NCBI GenBank assembly: GCA_964489545.1
Contig: CAZAZE010000003.1
Coordinates: 249,527 to 313,526 of the forward strand
Direction of reading: 5' to 3'
Origin: an uncultured Bacteroidales bacterium
Lineage (GTDB): Bacteria > Bacteroidota > Bacteroidia > Bacteroidales > JAGOPY01
Length of the DNA stretch: 64,000 nucleotides
In this document: one piece after another, positions 9,370-18,329 of the stretch
Numbering within the stretch: the first letter of the stretch is position 1
How the letters are laid out: each line of letters starts with the position of its first letter
The notes under the pieces: generated by a model
Seen by the model: only the letters and a program-made list of their open reading frames with translations
Databases searched by the model: none
What the model was told of the DNA's origin: nothing
Translations under genes and position numbers: made by a program

Positions 9370-10227
9370 TTATTTCAATTCATAAGCCATGACGCGGTTG
9401 TCATAAAAAGTGGGGACCAGCAGCAGCTTCAATGACGGTATGTATTCGATGTCGGCCGCATTGATGTTCAGCGGCGAGGTATCGAGCAGTTTTTCAATTT
9501 TGCCGTCGCTCCCGGCCAGGTAAACGCTGCCCTGCCAGTCGGAAAAGAGGTATCGCCCGTCGCCGGTGCCTTCCAGCCCGTCAATTCCTCCCGTGTTTCC
9601 TATAAAATCAAGGATCTCCTTGTTTTTGACATTTATTTTGACGATCCGCTTACAGCCGGCCAGCAGATGCCCCTCCTCCACAAACAGCCCGTTGGGCGAC
9701 GTCAGGTCCTCATTGTCCAGCCAGAGCTCCGCCCGGCCGTCGTAGATGCGGTATATGCGGGTCGACATCATATCCGAAATGTACACCGCCCCTTTCCGGT
9801 CGATGTCGATATCATTCAGGAATTTCGCCTCATGGAAATCGAAAAAACCGGTGATCATCATGCTTTCAATGTCGATCACCGCCACCCGGTCGATATCTGT
9901 TACGAACAACTTGTTCTTATAAATGCCCATTCCCTTGGGGGCGTTGAGGCCCGTGACCCATTTCAGTTCCATGACCATTCCGTCAAGGCCTATTTTAGAA
10001 ATATAACCGTTGCCGTCCTTGTCGGTGGGTTTTCCGGCGATATTCGCAACATAAAGCACTTCATTCACGGGATCATAACAAACGGATTCCGGAACTTCGA
10101 ACACGGCCTGCGTTTCCCACTTCTTTTGCAGCTTATCGCTCTGGAAGCCTTGATTTTCCTGTGACCTGACGGAAATGATCATGAAGGTCAGAACAGCCAT
10201 GATCATGATTGTAAAAATAGATCTCAT
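9370..10227 (-). CDS. SMP-30/gluconolactonase-like beta-propeller protein
   Basis: PESVCYD, LNAPKGM, FLNDI, PNGL, IDGL and AADI blade motifs. Start moved to ATG 10227 (MRSIFTIMIM signal peptide), downstream of a TAACTTGG -7-like element. Confidence 0.75.
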   Translation of the reverse strand: MRSIFTIMIMAVLTFMIISVRSQENQGFQSDKLQKKWETQAVFEVPESVCYDPVNEVLYVANIAGKPTDKDGNGYISKIGLDGMVMELKWVTGLNAPKGMGIYKNKLFVTDIDRVAVIDIESMMITGFFDFHEAKFLNDIDIDRKGAVYISDMMSTRIYRIYDGRAELWLDNEDLTSPNGLFVEEGHLLAGCKRIVKINVKNKEILDFIGNTGGIDGLEGTGDGRYLFSDWQGSVYLAGSDGKIEKLLDTSPLNINAADIEYIPSLKLLLVPTFYDNRVMAYELK

Positions 10228-10284
10228 TGAAATTAATTTTCCGGCCAAGTTACGTATTTTCATGGGGAGAATCAAAAAGGAAAT

Positions 10285-10346
10285 AACCGCAGAGGTGCAG
10301 AGGCGCAGAGATTTTTTTCACTTTGCGTCTCCGCGCCTCCGCGGTT
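10285..10346. repeat. Inverted pair of short tandem-repeat arms with no ORF
   Basis: AACCGCAGAGGTGCAGAGGCGCAGAG (10285-10310) vs CTTTGCGTCTCCGCGCCTCCGCGGTT (10321-10346); 9-bp period; 21/26 complementary. Confidence 0.75.
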
Positions 10347-10351
10347 TATTA

Positions 10352-10371
10352 TTAACTAATTATTTAGTTAA
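10352..10371. promoter_or_regulatory. Putative BlaI-type operator, third copy
   Basis: TTAACTAA-ttat-TTAGTTAA, the same AACTAA-N4-TTAGTT core as the boxes upstream of the blaI-like gene. Confidence 0.5.
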
Positions 10372-10388
10372 TCTGAAGAAAAAAATAA

Positions 10389-11669
10389 TTATTTGCCTTC
10401 GGTTTTCACCTTGTCATCCAGCTTGAACTTGATGGGCAGGTTCATCTGCACTCTGACCGGCTTGCCTTCTTCGTTATACCCCGGTTTCCAGTCGGGCATT
10501 TCTCTGATCACCCGCAGGGCTTCCGCATCGAGGTCCTCCGCGACGCCTTTGAGCACAGACTGATTGGTTACATGTCCGTCTTTTTCGACCACGAAGGAGA
10601 CAAACACGGTTCCCTGTACGCCGGTCTTCTTGGAGGCTTCAGGATATTTTACATTGCTCACCATATAGGCAGCAAGACCTTCATGCCCGCCTTTGAATTC
10701 AGGGGCCTTGTGGACCTGGATGAACACTTCATCGCCGGCCGCGGGGGGCGGGGGCGGAGGTACCTGTTTTTCGGCCGCAGGCGGTTTTTCCTGCGCCACC
10801 GAAACGTTCACCGAAGCGGAAAAGACCATCACCAGGCACACCGCCGCCGGGATGGCCATGATGGCTTTCCACTTCCTGAATCGGTTCGATCTTTCTTTTG
10901 TCATCATGATAATTCTGTTTTTAAGTAATGAATGATTGAAATTATGGACCAGGTCGTTGACCTGAATTCCAAGGCTTTGGTTCAATAACTGCTCCTGGTA
11001 GCGGTACCGGTCATACCCGCTGTGCAGCACCCCTTCGTCGGCCAGGTATTCGTGAAGCGATTTCATCGAGCGGCGGTACATCCAGATGATGGGGTTGAAC
11101 CACTGGACAACGGTCAGCAGTTCGAGGAGGATCAGGTCGACGGTATGGGCCTGGCGCACATGGACCCGTTCATGTTCGATGATCTGCGGCAGGGCTTCCG
11201 ACCGGTGCAGGTCTCCGGGGATGAAGACGAGCCGGAAGAAGGAAAAAGGCTGATAACTCTTATCGGTGAACACCAGCCGGAGGCCCTGTTCGCGGCGGAT
11301 CCCAAACCGGCGCACCAAACCTATGACCTGGCCGAACTGGAAGAAGAACCGGGCGAGGAACAACGCCGCACCGGTGAGATAGATAATAACGAGGGTTTTA
11401 AAAATTCCGGGCCCGGATTCCATTGCACCGTCCCAGGTTTCCGGGGTGATGGTGATGGTTTCGAGCAGGTACGACATCGTCGTGTTGCCCCCGTCCACCG
11501 TGATGTTGAATCGAATCAGCGGGATGACAAGTGAGAACAGCATCGCCCCCAACAGGTAGAACCGGTTGACTGCAAAGAAGGTGTCCTTCTCCAGAAACAA
11601 CCGGTAGAGCAGATACAGCACCACTATGCTTACCGACGACTGCAACAGGTATGTCAGCACCGCGTCCAT
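10389..11669 (-). CDS. M56 (BlaR1-like) metallopeptidase fused to a TonB C-terminal domain
   Basis: N-terminal TM segments, IIEHERVH (HEXXH), QWFNPIIW, HEYLAD; proline-rich linker; TonB_C (YPE...GVQGTVFVSFVVEKDG, WKPG). Confidence 0.9.
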   Translation of the reverse strand: MDAVLTYLLQSSVSIVVLYLLYRLFLEKDTFFAVNRFYLLGAMLFSLVIPLIRFNITVDGGNTTMSYLLETITITPETWDGAMESGPGIFKTLVIIYLTGAALFLARFFFQFGQVIGLVRRFGIRREQGLRLVFTDKSYQPFSFFRLVFIPGDLHRSEALPQIIEHERVHVRQAHTVDLILLELLTVVQWFNPIIWMYRRSMKSLHEYLADEGVLHSGYDRYRYQEQLLNQSLGIQVNDLVHNFNHSLLKNRIIMMTKERSNRFRKWKAIMAIPAAVCLVMVFSASVNVSVAQEKPPAAEKQVPPPPPPAAGDEVFIQVHKAPEFKGGHEGLAAYMVSNVKYPEASKKTGVQGTVFVSFVVEKDGHVTNQSVLKGVAEDLDAEALRVIREMPDWKPGYNEEGKPVRVQMNLPIKFKLDDKVKTEGK

Positions 11670-11670
11670 G

Positions 11671-12045
11671 CTATTTCTCCTTTTTACGGATCTGATCCTG
11701 AATAAATTTACGGACATCTTCCATCTCTTCCAGGCTCAGGTTTTCCTCCTGCGCGAAGAAGGATAACATTTCCTTGTATGAGTTTCCGAAATAACTGCCG
11801 ACGAAACGCTTCATGAAGGAGCGGGTGTATTCTTTCTTGCCGATCAGCGGGTGATACCGGTGCGATTTGCCGAATGCCTCATACCCGACAAACCCCTTCC
11901 TCTCCAGGATGCGAATGATGGTGGAAACCGTGTTGTAGGCCGGTTTGGGCTCCGGCAACCGGTCGAGCACGTCATTCACGAATCCGCTCCCGATCGACCA
12001 GAGGATCTGCATGATCTGTTCTTCGGCACGGGTGAGTTCTTTCAT
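11671..12045 (-). CDS. BlaI/MecI/CopY family transcriptional repressor
   Basis: MKELTRAEEQIMQILW, AYNTVSTIIRILERKGFV; directly upstream of the M56 gene. Confidence 0.92.
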   Translation of the reverse strand: MKELTRAEEQIMQILWSIGSGFVNDVLDRLPEPKPAYNTVSTIIRILERKGFVGYEAFGKSHRYHPLIGKKEYTRSFMKRFVGSYFGNSYKEMLSFFAQEENLSLEEMEDVRKFIQDQIRKKEK

Positions 12046-12063
12046 GAGGGTCAATTTTCAATA

Positions 12064-12108
12064 CAAATATATAACTAATTTTTTAGTTTGTCAACTATTT
12101 TCTTAGTT
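12064..12108 (-). promoter_or_regulatory. blaI-like promoter (-7 TATATTTG) with two adjacent operator palindromes
   Basis: Minus-strand TATATTTG at 12064-12071; AACTAAttttTTAGTT (12073-12088) and AACTAtttTcTTAGTT (12093-12108), 20 bp apart. Confidence 0.65.
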
Positions 12109-12128
12109 TTTTGATGTATACCGAATAA

Positions 12129-12156
12129 TAAACCGACGGGTTAACCCGTCGGTTTA
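12129..12156. repeat. Perfect 28-bp palindrome, REP-like or terminator
   Basis: TAAACCGACGGGTT|AACCCGTCGGTTTA downstream of 12176-12775. Confidence 0.65.
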
Positions 12157-12175
12157 AAGAATTTATGCCACTGAT

Positions 12176-12775
12176 TCACTTCCCCTTACGGAAATCCTGG
12201 AACAGGCTGACGGGAGTGTAGCTTTTCTTCCGTGAATAGCGGAAGTAGCCTTCCTTGGCGGTTTTGACGTCTTCTATGGTCACAAAGGCATGGGGGTTAT
12301 GCTCCTGGATGATCCCCAGGACATCCTTGAGGTCTTTCCGTTTGGCGATGGTAAAGATCATCTTCAGCTTGCCCGTCATCCCTTCGATATCCACCACCGA
12401 GGCGCCGAAATTCTCCGCCCGGAGGTGGTTGATGAGGTTGGTGGTGTCGAATTTGGGCACCACGCGGATCAGCACGGTCCCGAGTGACATCTTCTCATCC
12501 AGGTAGATCCCGATGTAGTTTCCGGTGGCGAACCCCAGGCCATAGGCGAAGTAGCACATGAAATTGTCGAGGTGCTGCATGATCTGCCCGATGGCCAGCA
12601 GCCAGATGACCACTTCGAAAAAGCCCAGGATCGGTGCATAGTATTTGAAGCCCTTGGAAACGAAGATCAGCCGGAGGGTTCCGATACTGACGTCGAGGAT
12701 GCGGGCGAGAAAGATGAGTACCGGTAGAATGATCCAGGTAAAGACCCAGGAATCTGTCAGGAATAATGTTTCCAT
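12176..12775 (-). CDS. DUF2179/DUF5698 family membrane protein
   Basis: LIFLARILDVSIGTLR, GFFEVVIWL, GFATGNYIG; C-terminal small soluble domain. Confidence 0.85.
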   Translation of the reverse strand: METLFLTDSWVFTWIILPVLIFLARILDVSIGTLRLIFVSKGFKYYAPILGFFEVVIWLLAIGQIMQHLDNFMCYFAYGLGFATGNYIGIYLDEKMSLGTVLIRVVPKFDTTNLINHLRAENFGASVVDIEGMTGKLKMIFTIAKRKDLKDVLGIIQEHNPHAFVTIEDVKTAKEGYFRYSRKKSYTPVSLFQDFRKGK

Positions 12776-12828
12776 GAGTTATAGAATCTATTTTTATGAT
12801 AAAGCGGTAAAATTACAACATACCTTTT

Positions 12829-12922
12829 CTCCGCGGACCTCCGTGCCTTCTCTGTGTGTCTCCGTGTTATTCATTATTTTTTTACACGGAGATACACGGA
12901 GGTTTCACGGAGGACCACGGAG
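12829..12922. repeat. Inverted pair of CTCCGTG tandem-repeat arms with no ORF
   Basis: Left arm 12829-12867 (four CTCCGTG-like units), right arm 12884-12922 (four CACGGAG units); 31/39 complementary around a 16-nt AT-rich loop. Confidence 0.8.
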
Positions 12923-13040
12923 CGCGTATCGGTATTGCCAGGCTGACTTTTCAGCATTCCATAAACTTTTTTAACTTTGTTTAAAGTCTGACAGATAATT
13001 AATCCGGGCTTTTAAACGTTTAATTGAAAACCTCCTTCCC

Positions 13041-14549
13041 TTGCAAATTTACTACAAGAAAAAAAGATGGAAATGGTTGTTGTTCGGTGCGGCGGTGCTG
13101 ATCGTGACCGTGACGCTCTGGTACACCAATCTCCTGGTCAGGGAAATCGGTGAAGACGAGCGGATGAGCATCAACATCTGGGCCAACGCCATCCAGCGCA
13201 AAGCCAACCTGGTCAATTACACCAAGGAGTTTTTCGACCAGATCGAGGAGGAGGAGATGAAGCGTGCGAAACTGCTGGCCGAGGCTTACCGCAATTTCCG
13301 CTTTGAGGAGGAATCGCGCACGGTTGAATTCTACCGGCAGATGATGGAATACAACACCACCATCCCCATCATCCTGACCGATGAAGAGGGGAACATCCAG
13401 CTCTACAAAAACATCCCGGAAGGCGAAATGCAGGGCATTACGGTCATGACCGACAGCCTGAGCCGGGAGTTTTCCTCGTTCGACCCCATCCGCATCGTGC
13501 TGGTCGGCGAGGAGTACCAGCTCCTTTACTTCAAAGAGTCCACCATTTTCACCGAACTGCGCCAGGTGCTCGACGACCTGGTCCAATCGTTCTTCTCCGA
13601 GGTGGTCGGCAGCTCCGCCTCCGTCCCGGTGATCGTGACCGACAGCAGCGGGCTCCGCGTCATCGAATCGGGAAACCTCGACAAGAACCGGCTGCAGGAT
13701 CCGGAATACGTGGCCGGCCTGATCGCCGACATGGCTTATGAGAACGAGCCCATCCGCATCATGCTGCCCGATTACGGACCGAGCTATATCTACTATATGA
13801 ATTCGGCCCTGATGCGGCAGATCATGTATTATCCCTACGTGATGCTCGCCGTGATCAGCGTCTTCCTGTTCATCTCCTACCTGCTGTTCAGCACCGCCCG
13901 CAAATCGGAACAGAACCTGGTCTGGATCGGCATGTCGAAGGAAACGGCGCACCAGCTCGGTACGCCGCTTTCGTCGATCATGGCCTGGATTGAATTGCTC
14001 AAGATGAAGGGTGAAAACACCGGGGAACTGGCGGAAATCGAAAAGGACATCAAGCGGCTGGAGGACATCACCGACCGTTTTTCCAAGATCGGTTCGCCGG
14101 CGAAGCTGGAGGCGGACAACCTGGTGAGCGTGCTGGAGGAAAGCATCCGGTACCTGCAGCCCAGGGTTTCCAAACGGGTCAGTATCATCCTGCAGAAAAC
14201 CGGCGACCATCCGGTGATGGTTCCGCTGAACCGGCAGCTTTTCGAATGGGTTGTGGAGAACCTGTGCAAAAACGCAATTGACGCCATGAGCGGTTCCGGC
14301 AGCATTACCATTAGCATTGAGGAAACGAACCATCATGTCAGCATCGATTTTGAAGACACCGGAAAAGGCATCCCCAAATCCCAGTTCAAGACGATCTTCA
14401 ACCCCGGCTTTACCAGCAAGAAAAGAGGCTGGGGGCTGGGCCTGTCGTTATCCCGGCGCATCATCGTCAATTACCACAAGGGGAAGATATTCGTGAAGTC
14501 TTCCGTGATCGACAAGGGGACGGTGATCCGCATCGTCCTGAAAAAATAA
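13041..14549 (+). CDS. Orphan sensor histidine kinase
   Basis: Two TM segments, H-box ETAHQLGTPLS, N-box ENLCKNAIDA, DTGKGI, GWGLGL; TTG start; TAACTTTG -7 element upstream. Confidence 0.9.
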   Translation: MQIYYKKKRWKWLLFGAAVLIVTVTLWYTNLLVREIGEDERMSINIWANAIQRKANLVNYTKEFFDQIEEEEMKRAKLLAEAYRNFRFEEESRTVEFYRQMMEYNTTIPIILTDEEGNIQLYKNIPEGEMQGITVMTDSLSREFSSFDPIRIVLVGEEYQLLYFKESTIFTELRQVLDDLVQSFFSEVVGSSASVPVIVTDSSGLRVIESGNLDKNRLQDPEYVAGLIADMAYENEPIRIMLPDYGPSYIYYMNSALMRQIMYYPYVMLAVISVFLFISYLLFSTARKSEQNLVWIGMSKETAHQLGTPLSSIMAWIELLKMKGENTGELAEIEKDIKRLEDITDRFSKIGSPAKLEADNLVSVLEESIRYLQPRVSKRVSIILQKTGDHPVMVPLNRQLFEWVVENLCKNAIDAMSGSGSITISIEETNHHVSIDFEDTGKGIPKSQFKTIFNPGFTSKKRGWGLGLSLSRRIIVNYHKGKIFVKSSVIDKGTVIRIVLKK

Positions 14550-14553
14550 GGTC

Positions 14554-16128
14554 TTAAAAAGGAAATTCCTCCTTGTAGTCGATATTCTGTTCCAGCGCTT
14601 CTTCCGGGGGTTTTTCCGCGACCTGGTGGACCGGGTTGCCTTCCACGTAGATGGATTTGGGGTCTGTCGGGCAGGCATACTCGCAGGCGCCGCATCCGAT
14701 GCAGATATTTTCGTTGACTTCCGGGATGGTGAGTTTACCGGTATAGGGGACCATTTGCACCGCTTTGGTGGGGCAGTGCTCCGAGCAGGCGCCGCAATCG
14801 GTATTCCGGGTATAGACCACGCAGTTTTCCTTCACGAATTTCACCCTTCCCAGCTGCAGGAGTTTTTTCTCCTCCAGGGGCAGGGGCAGGAGCGCGCCGG
14901 TGGGGCAGACCCCGGTGCAGAGCGTGCATTCAAAGTTACAGAAGCTGGTGATGTAATCCATGCGGGGCTGCAGGAACCCTTTCAGCCCATACATCAGGTA
15001 TGCGGGCTGCAGGACGAGGGTAGGGCAGGCGGCGACGCAGAGATGGCAGGCGGTGCAAAGGCTGTTAAACCGTTCCTGGCTGACCGCTCCCGGCGGGGTG
15101 ACCGGGTGTTCGCGGAAGATGGGCACCGTGGCCGGGATGATCTCCTTTTTCCCGCCGTTCTGGGCAAACAGGCCTTTCGCAAATCCAAGAGTGCCGGCGG
15201 CCAGCAGCCCGGCGCTCTTCAGGAAGTCGCGCTTGGCAGGTTCAAACCGGAGATGAGTCTCGCTGTTCTTCTTCCAGGCCGGAACGAACCTGACCCCATT
15301 GTCGGGGCAGGGCGTCAGGCAGTTCATGCAGCCCACGCAACGGCTGAAATCAATGCTTTGCGATTTCGGATCAATGCACTCCGCCTTGCATACCGCCGAA
15401 CACTTGCCGCAGCTGTTGCAGATGGTTTTGTCCATGGAGATGCGAAAAAGGGAAACCCTGGAAAATAGGCCGAGCAGCGTCCCGACGGGACAAATCGTGT
15501 TGCAATAAAGCCGGCCGCGCTGTGCAGCCATGACGAGCAGCATCGCCGACCAGGCCAGAGCCAGGGCCAGGGCCGCGTAATTCACCGGCACCCACTTCAC
15601 GGGATAGAGCAGGAAGACGTTTGCCTGTGTGAGCCCGTAGGCGGCTGCGTTGTTCCCCGCGATGAAGACCGGGCGGGCAAGGCTATGGAAGATCTTTCCG
15701 AACAGGCTGTACGGATCGAAAATATTCACCAGCAGGATGGAACCGGTGGTCAGCGACAGGAGGATAAGGCCCGTAATGCCATACCTGAGCCAGTTCACCG
15801 GCCGTTTGAATCTCCATAATTTTTTTCGTGGGGAGAGTTTTCTGGAGATATAGATGAAGATATCCTGCAGGGTGCCCAGCGGGCAGAAGAACGAGCAGTA
15901 AACCCGTCCGAACAGAAGGGTCAGGATGATGATGAGGGCGAACCCGAGCGCCAGCGGGGCGAGCGTGGCCGCAAAGCGCACCAGGGAGGGGACGAACTGA
16001 AGGTCGAGGGTGATCTGCAGGAGGCTGGCCGCGACCTTCCCGGTAAAATCGAGGAACATCGCGCCGATGATGAAGAAAAACAGCAGGGAAACAACGACCC
16101 GCAGTTTTTTCAGCCAGCCGTTCCGCAT
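14554..16128 (-). CDS. Membrane 4Fe-4S protein (NapH/MauN-like) fused to a NapG/MauM-like polyferredoxin
   Basis: GRVYCSFFCPLG and GRLYCNTICPVG motifs, several CxxCxxCxxxCP clusters, internal KRDFLK Tat-like segment. Confidence 0.85.
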   Translation of the reverse strand: MRNGWLKKLRVVVSLLFFFIIGAMFLDFTGKVAASLLQITLDLQFVPSLVRFAATLAPLALGFALIIILTLLFGRVYCSFFCPLGTLQDIFIYISRKLSPRKKLWRFKRPVNWLRYGITGLILLSLTTGSILLVNIFDPYSLFGKIFHSLARPVFIAGNNAAAYGLTQANVFLLYPVKWVPVNYAALALALAWSAMLLVMAAQRGRLYCNTICPVGTLLGLFSRVSLFRISMDKTICNSCGKCSAVCKAECIDPKSQSIDFSRCVGCMNCLTPCPDNGVRFVPAWKKNSETHLRFEPAKRDFLKSAGLLAAGTLGFAKGLFAQNGGKKEIIPATVPIFREHPVTPPGAVSQERFNSLCTACHLCVAACPTLVLQPAYLMYGLKGFLQPRMDYITSFCNFECTLCTGVCPTGALLPLPLEEKKLLQLGRVKFVKENCVVYTRNTDCGACSEHCPTKAVQMVPYTGKLTIPEVNENICIGCGACEYACPTDPKSIYVEGNPVHQVAEKPPEEALEQNIDYKEEFPF

Positions 16129-16130
16129 TT

Positions 16131-17078
16131 TCAGAGGATGATCCGGTGAATATTCAGTTGATCCAGGTCCATCTTGCCGATGCCCATGGAATCGGCGATG
16201 CCGATATAGGGCACGTCGTCCGGTTTTACGCCGAACATTTTGGCAGAAGCCGTATCGGCGGCCACCATATCCGGCGAAATAATGAGCGACTTCATCAGGC
16301 TGACATCGCCTTCCGACACCCCGCGCGGGCCGTTCTTCATCATCACCCGGTAGGCGTCGACGATGTTCAGCGTAGGTTTCTTCTCAAAGAGGCCGTAATC
16401 GGCAATGCATTGCTGCAGGTCGTTCCGGTGCCAGTACATGCGGTCCCACACCACACCCATGAGGTTTTTCAGGGTGACGGTCAGTTTGGCCGAGCTGTGG
16501 TGCTTCAGCACCGGCATATTGATGAACACGTCGGACTGCAGGACGAGCTCGTGGACTTTGGCCGACTTCAGTTTTTTAGCGCCGGGTATCTCAACCGTCT
16601 GATAATAGCTTTCCGTATTGCCGGGAACGATCTTCCCGCCGGCATCCTTCACGGCTTTTTCGATGCCGCTGTTTGCGTAGCAGCGGTCCCATTTGTCGCA
16701 TGTATTGTCGAAAACGTACACATGCTTTGCCCCGGCCTGCATGCAGAGCTCGACCACGCGTTTCACCAGCAGGGGATTGGTGTTGCCGGCCCGTTCCGGG
16801 GTCACGTCCCATCCGATATTGGGCTTGAGGAGCACGGTTTGGCCTTTTTTCACGAAATTGCCGATGCCGCCCAGCGCTTCGATGCCTTTGTCGAACATGA
16901 TGTCCGGCTCTCCGCCCTTGACTGCGACCAGGTCATAAGGCAGGAGCGGATTTGAGTGGAAAGGTGGAAGGGTGGAAAAGTGATTTCCGAAAAGCCTATT
17001 TGTAAAGGGTATGGAGATGGATGCGCCGGCCAGTGCCGCTGCGCCCAGGCCTTTTGTAATAAAATCGCGTCGTTTCAT
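16131..17078 (-). CDS. DUF362 domain protein with Tat signal
   Basis: MKRRDFITK twin-arginine leader; VLLKPNIGWD, INMPVLKHH, TLKNLMG. Confidence 0.85.
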   Translation of the reverse strand: MKRRDFITKGLGAAALAGASISIPFTNRLFGNHFSTLPPFHSNPLLPYDLVAVKGGEPDIMFDKGIEALGGIGNFVKKGQTVLLKPNIGWDVTPERAGNTNPLLVKRVVELCMQAGAKHVYVFDNTCDKWDRCYANSGIEKAVKDAGGKIVPGNTESYYQTVEIPGAKKLKSAKVHELVLQSDVFINMPVLKHHSSAKLTVTLKNLMGVVWDRMYWHRNDLQQCIADYGLFEKKPTLNIVDAYRVMMKNGPRGVSEGDVSLMKSLIISPDMVAADTASAKMFGVKPDDVPYIGIADSMGIGKMDLDQLNIHRIIL

Positions 17079-17186
17079 GATCGGAAAGAATATTTTTTGA
17101 ATGAGCTAAATTACATCTTTTTAGTTTAACGAGCCTTATGTCGATTGGGCGAACCTCCCTTCGCCTACCTTTGCAAATAGAAAACC

Positions 17187-18329
17187 ATGGCCGGCATTTA
17201 CATCCATATTCCTTTCTGCAGGCAGAAATGCCATTACTGCAATTTCTTCTCCGTCGCCGGTTTGCGCGGGAAGGAGCAGTTTCTCCGGGCCCTGCTGCAG
17301 GAGGCGGAATTGCAGCGGGAATACCTGGAAGGGGAGGCGGTTTCGACGATCTATTTCGGGGGAGGGACTCCGTCCCTGCTGACGGCTGATGAGGCCGGGG
17401 CGATCCTGGATAAAATCCGGTCGCTGCACCCGGTGACGGAGGACGCGGAGATCACCCTGGAAGCCAATCCTGATGATGTAAGCCCTGAAAAGGCACGGGA
17501 ATGGGCCGGGCTGGGGATCAACCGGCTCAGCATCGGGGTGCAGTCGTTCTTCGATGAAGACCTGGAAAAGCTGAACCGCGTGCATACAGCCCGGCAGGCG
17601 CTTTCCGCCATCGGGTCGGCACGGGCGGCAGGCTTCGAAAATATCACCGCCGACCTCATCTATGGCATCCCGGGACTGACCCGGGAGAAATGGCGCGAAA
17701 ACCTCAGGATGTTCTTTACCCTCGACATTCCGCACCTGTCTGCATATGCCCTGACGGTCGAACAAAAAACGGCCCTCGACGTGCTGATCCGCAAAGGAAA
17801 ATACCCCCCGGTGGACGAGGAACTCGCGGTGGAGCACTTCCGCATCCTGGCGGAGGAGGCCGCGGCGCACGGATTCGTCCATTATGAAATTTCAAATTTC
17901 GCCCGGCCGGGCCATTATTCCCGCCACAACAGCCTCTACTGGCTGGGCGGGAACTACCTGGGGCTGGGGCCGTCGGCCCATTCGTTCAACGGCAGGACGA
18001 GGCAATGGAACGTGTCACACATCGGAAAATACACACAGCCCGGCGATTCCCGTTCTTTTGTCGAAGAAACGGAAATGCTGACGCCGGAACAGCGGTACAA
18101 TGAATACGTGATGACTTCGCTGCGAACCATCTGGGGTTGCGACACCGTGCATATCGAAAACCTTTTCGGGACGGCCCGGCGCGATGGGTTCCTTAAAGCC
18201 GCGCAAAAGTTCCTCATAAGGAAGCATCTCCGCAGGGATGGAACGCGGTTTTTTCTGACCGATGAAGGAAAGTTGTTTGCAGATGGCATCTCCTCCGACC
18301 TTTTTCTTGATGAGGTCAATCCGGTTTGA
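17187..18329 (+). CDS. hemW: Radical SAM heme chaperone HemW (HemN-like)
   Basis: GIYIHIPFCRQKCHYCNF, YFGGGTPS, EITLEANP, HYEISNFA, YLGLGPSAH. Confidence 0.92.
   Translation: MAGIYIHIPFCRQKCHYCNFFSVAGLRGKEQFLRALLQEAELQREYLEGEAVSTIYFGGGTPSLLTADEAGAILDKIRSLHPVTEDAEITLEANPDDVSPEKAREWAGLGINRLSIGVQSFFDEDLEKLNRVHTARQALSAIGSARAAGFENITADLIYGIPGLTREKWRENLRMFFTLDIPHLSAYALTVEQKTALDVLIRKGKYPPVDEELAVEHFRILAEEAAAHGFVHYEISNFARPGHYSRHNSLYWLGGNYLGLGPSAHSFNGRTRQWNVSHIGKYTQPGDSRSFVEETEMLTPEQRYNEYVMTSLRTIWGCDTVHIENLFGTARRDGFLKAAQKFLIRKHLRRDGTRFFLTDEGKLFADGISSDLFLDEVNPV

Noticed and set aside
10389-12045. Beta-lactam resistance (bla) locus
   Set aside because: No beta-lactamase or penicillin-binding sensor domain is present; the M56 protein ends in TonB_C.
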